64,000 nucleotides of DNA, from the NCBI GenBank assembly GCA_043228905.1, contig JBHGNT010000020.1, forward strand, positions 14,322,001 to 14,386,000, read 5' to 3'. This stretch comes from Azolla caroliniana (Eukaryota > Plantae > Polypodiophyta). Position numbers and translations under genes: made by a program. Shown here one piece after another: positions 62,990 through 64,000 of this stretch; the stretch's first letter is position 1, and each line of letters opens with the position of its first letter. The notes under the pieces are model-generated. The model was not told where the DNA came from and searched no databases. It saw only the letters and a list, made by a program, of their open reading frames with translations.

Positions 62990-63500
62990 GCGTTTGGAGT
63001 ATCATACCACTAAAGGTAATGTTTACTAAATTGCTGGAATATCATTTAAAATTATCAATCTCGTTTAGAGAATGTTTATGGTAAATCATTAGTGAGATGC
63101 TTACAATTATGTTGGCTTCGGAAGATCTGAAAGTGAATCTGGAATTGTTCCTCTCAAATTGTTATTGCTAAAATCTCTACAATACATTGAAGTTGTGATG
63201 ACAAGAAAGTAAATTAGCAAAACATAATTAACGAAACAAGAATATTCATCCATACACTATTTCTGCCATTGGAAAGCCCCTATATTTTGATGAGGATAAA
63301 TGATTTAGCTACGGAAGCGGTAATCCAGAAAATAGATATGAGCAGTGGCACTCAATCAATTATTAATGAGACTTTTGATTCTCTGGTTCGAGGTTATTGA
63401 GAGGCCGTCAGTGTCATCTCTTCATGTTCAACATGAGCCAAGCAGGAGTTGACATAATGATTAGAAGCAGGAATCTTAGCACAATCCATTCCAAAGGGAA
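62990..63500 (-). pseudogene. LRR exon remnants of a further receptor-kinase paralogue
   Basis: A 72-bp AG...GT-bounded exon at ~63105-63176 encodes DFSNNNLRGTIPDSLSDLPKPT*, with a stop. Confidence 0.6.
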
Positions 63501-64000
63501 CTAATTCATTAAAAAAATAAGAAATTTGAAACTGTGAAGAGGTCTACCCAAATAGCACATGACCACTTCATAATGCATCTGAGAAACTAAAGGAAACTTC
63601 TTGACATATTCGAGTCTAGTCTTCTTAATTCCAAAATGATGGGAAAAGTTTGTACTCCTAAACTTTGTAGCAGGTGGAAGTGGGTGAATAAGAGAAATTA
63701 TGACTAGCTCAAAAGCCACTTACCTGATGTGTTCAATCATAGATTAATAAATGTGATGGTGAGCATTCGTCTTATGTTATAAATATTACATGGAAACATG
63801 ATGATGCGGAGATAGATGTTTGACTGGACATACACAATGGAGAAAACATGGATATGAAATATATATCGGTTAGAGCAATACAACCTTGATTTTTGTACAT
63901 ATACTAAATATAACCTCTATGATTCAGTATAAAAAAAGAGACATACAATTGGAATGTTGAATACGATGAAGGTTCACACACCACACATATGATTTGAATG

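Overview
Repeat-rich nuclear DNA from a land plant, most likely a large-genome seed-free plant such as a fern or lycophyte (inferred from the retroelement types). Positions 1 to about 43 kb are a deeply nested stack of decayed LTR retrotransposons. One group is non-chromovirus Ty3/Gypsy with a tRNA-Trp primer site and 4-bp target site duplications (TSDs), plus their solo LTRs. The other group is Ty1/Copia with a tRNA-iMet primer site and 5-bp TSDs. Positions 43.5-64 kb hold a decaying cluster of malectin-like LRR receptor kinase (LRR-I-type) genes: one near-complete copy broken by a LINE in exon 1 and a premature stop, plus three deleted or fragmentary paralogues. No intact host gene is evident. 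The main unusual signals are: (1) tRNA-like A/B-box cassettes placed antisense about 175-200 bp upstream of the TATA box in three distinct LTR families; (2) Gypsy 4-bp TSDs that are consistently N-C-G-N, suggesting CpG-targeted integration; (3) a 540-bp hairpin with a perfect 111-bp inner stem; (4) a solo LTR packed with heat-shock elements. Coordinates were read by hand and may be off by a few bases.
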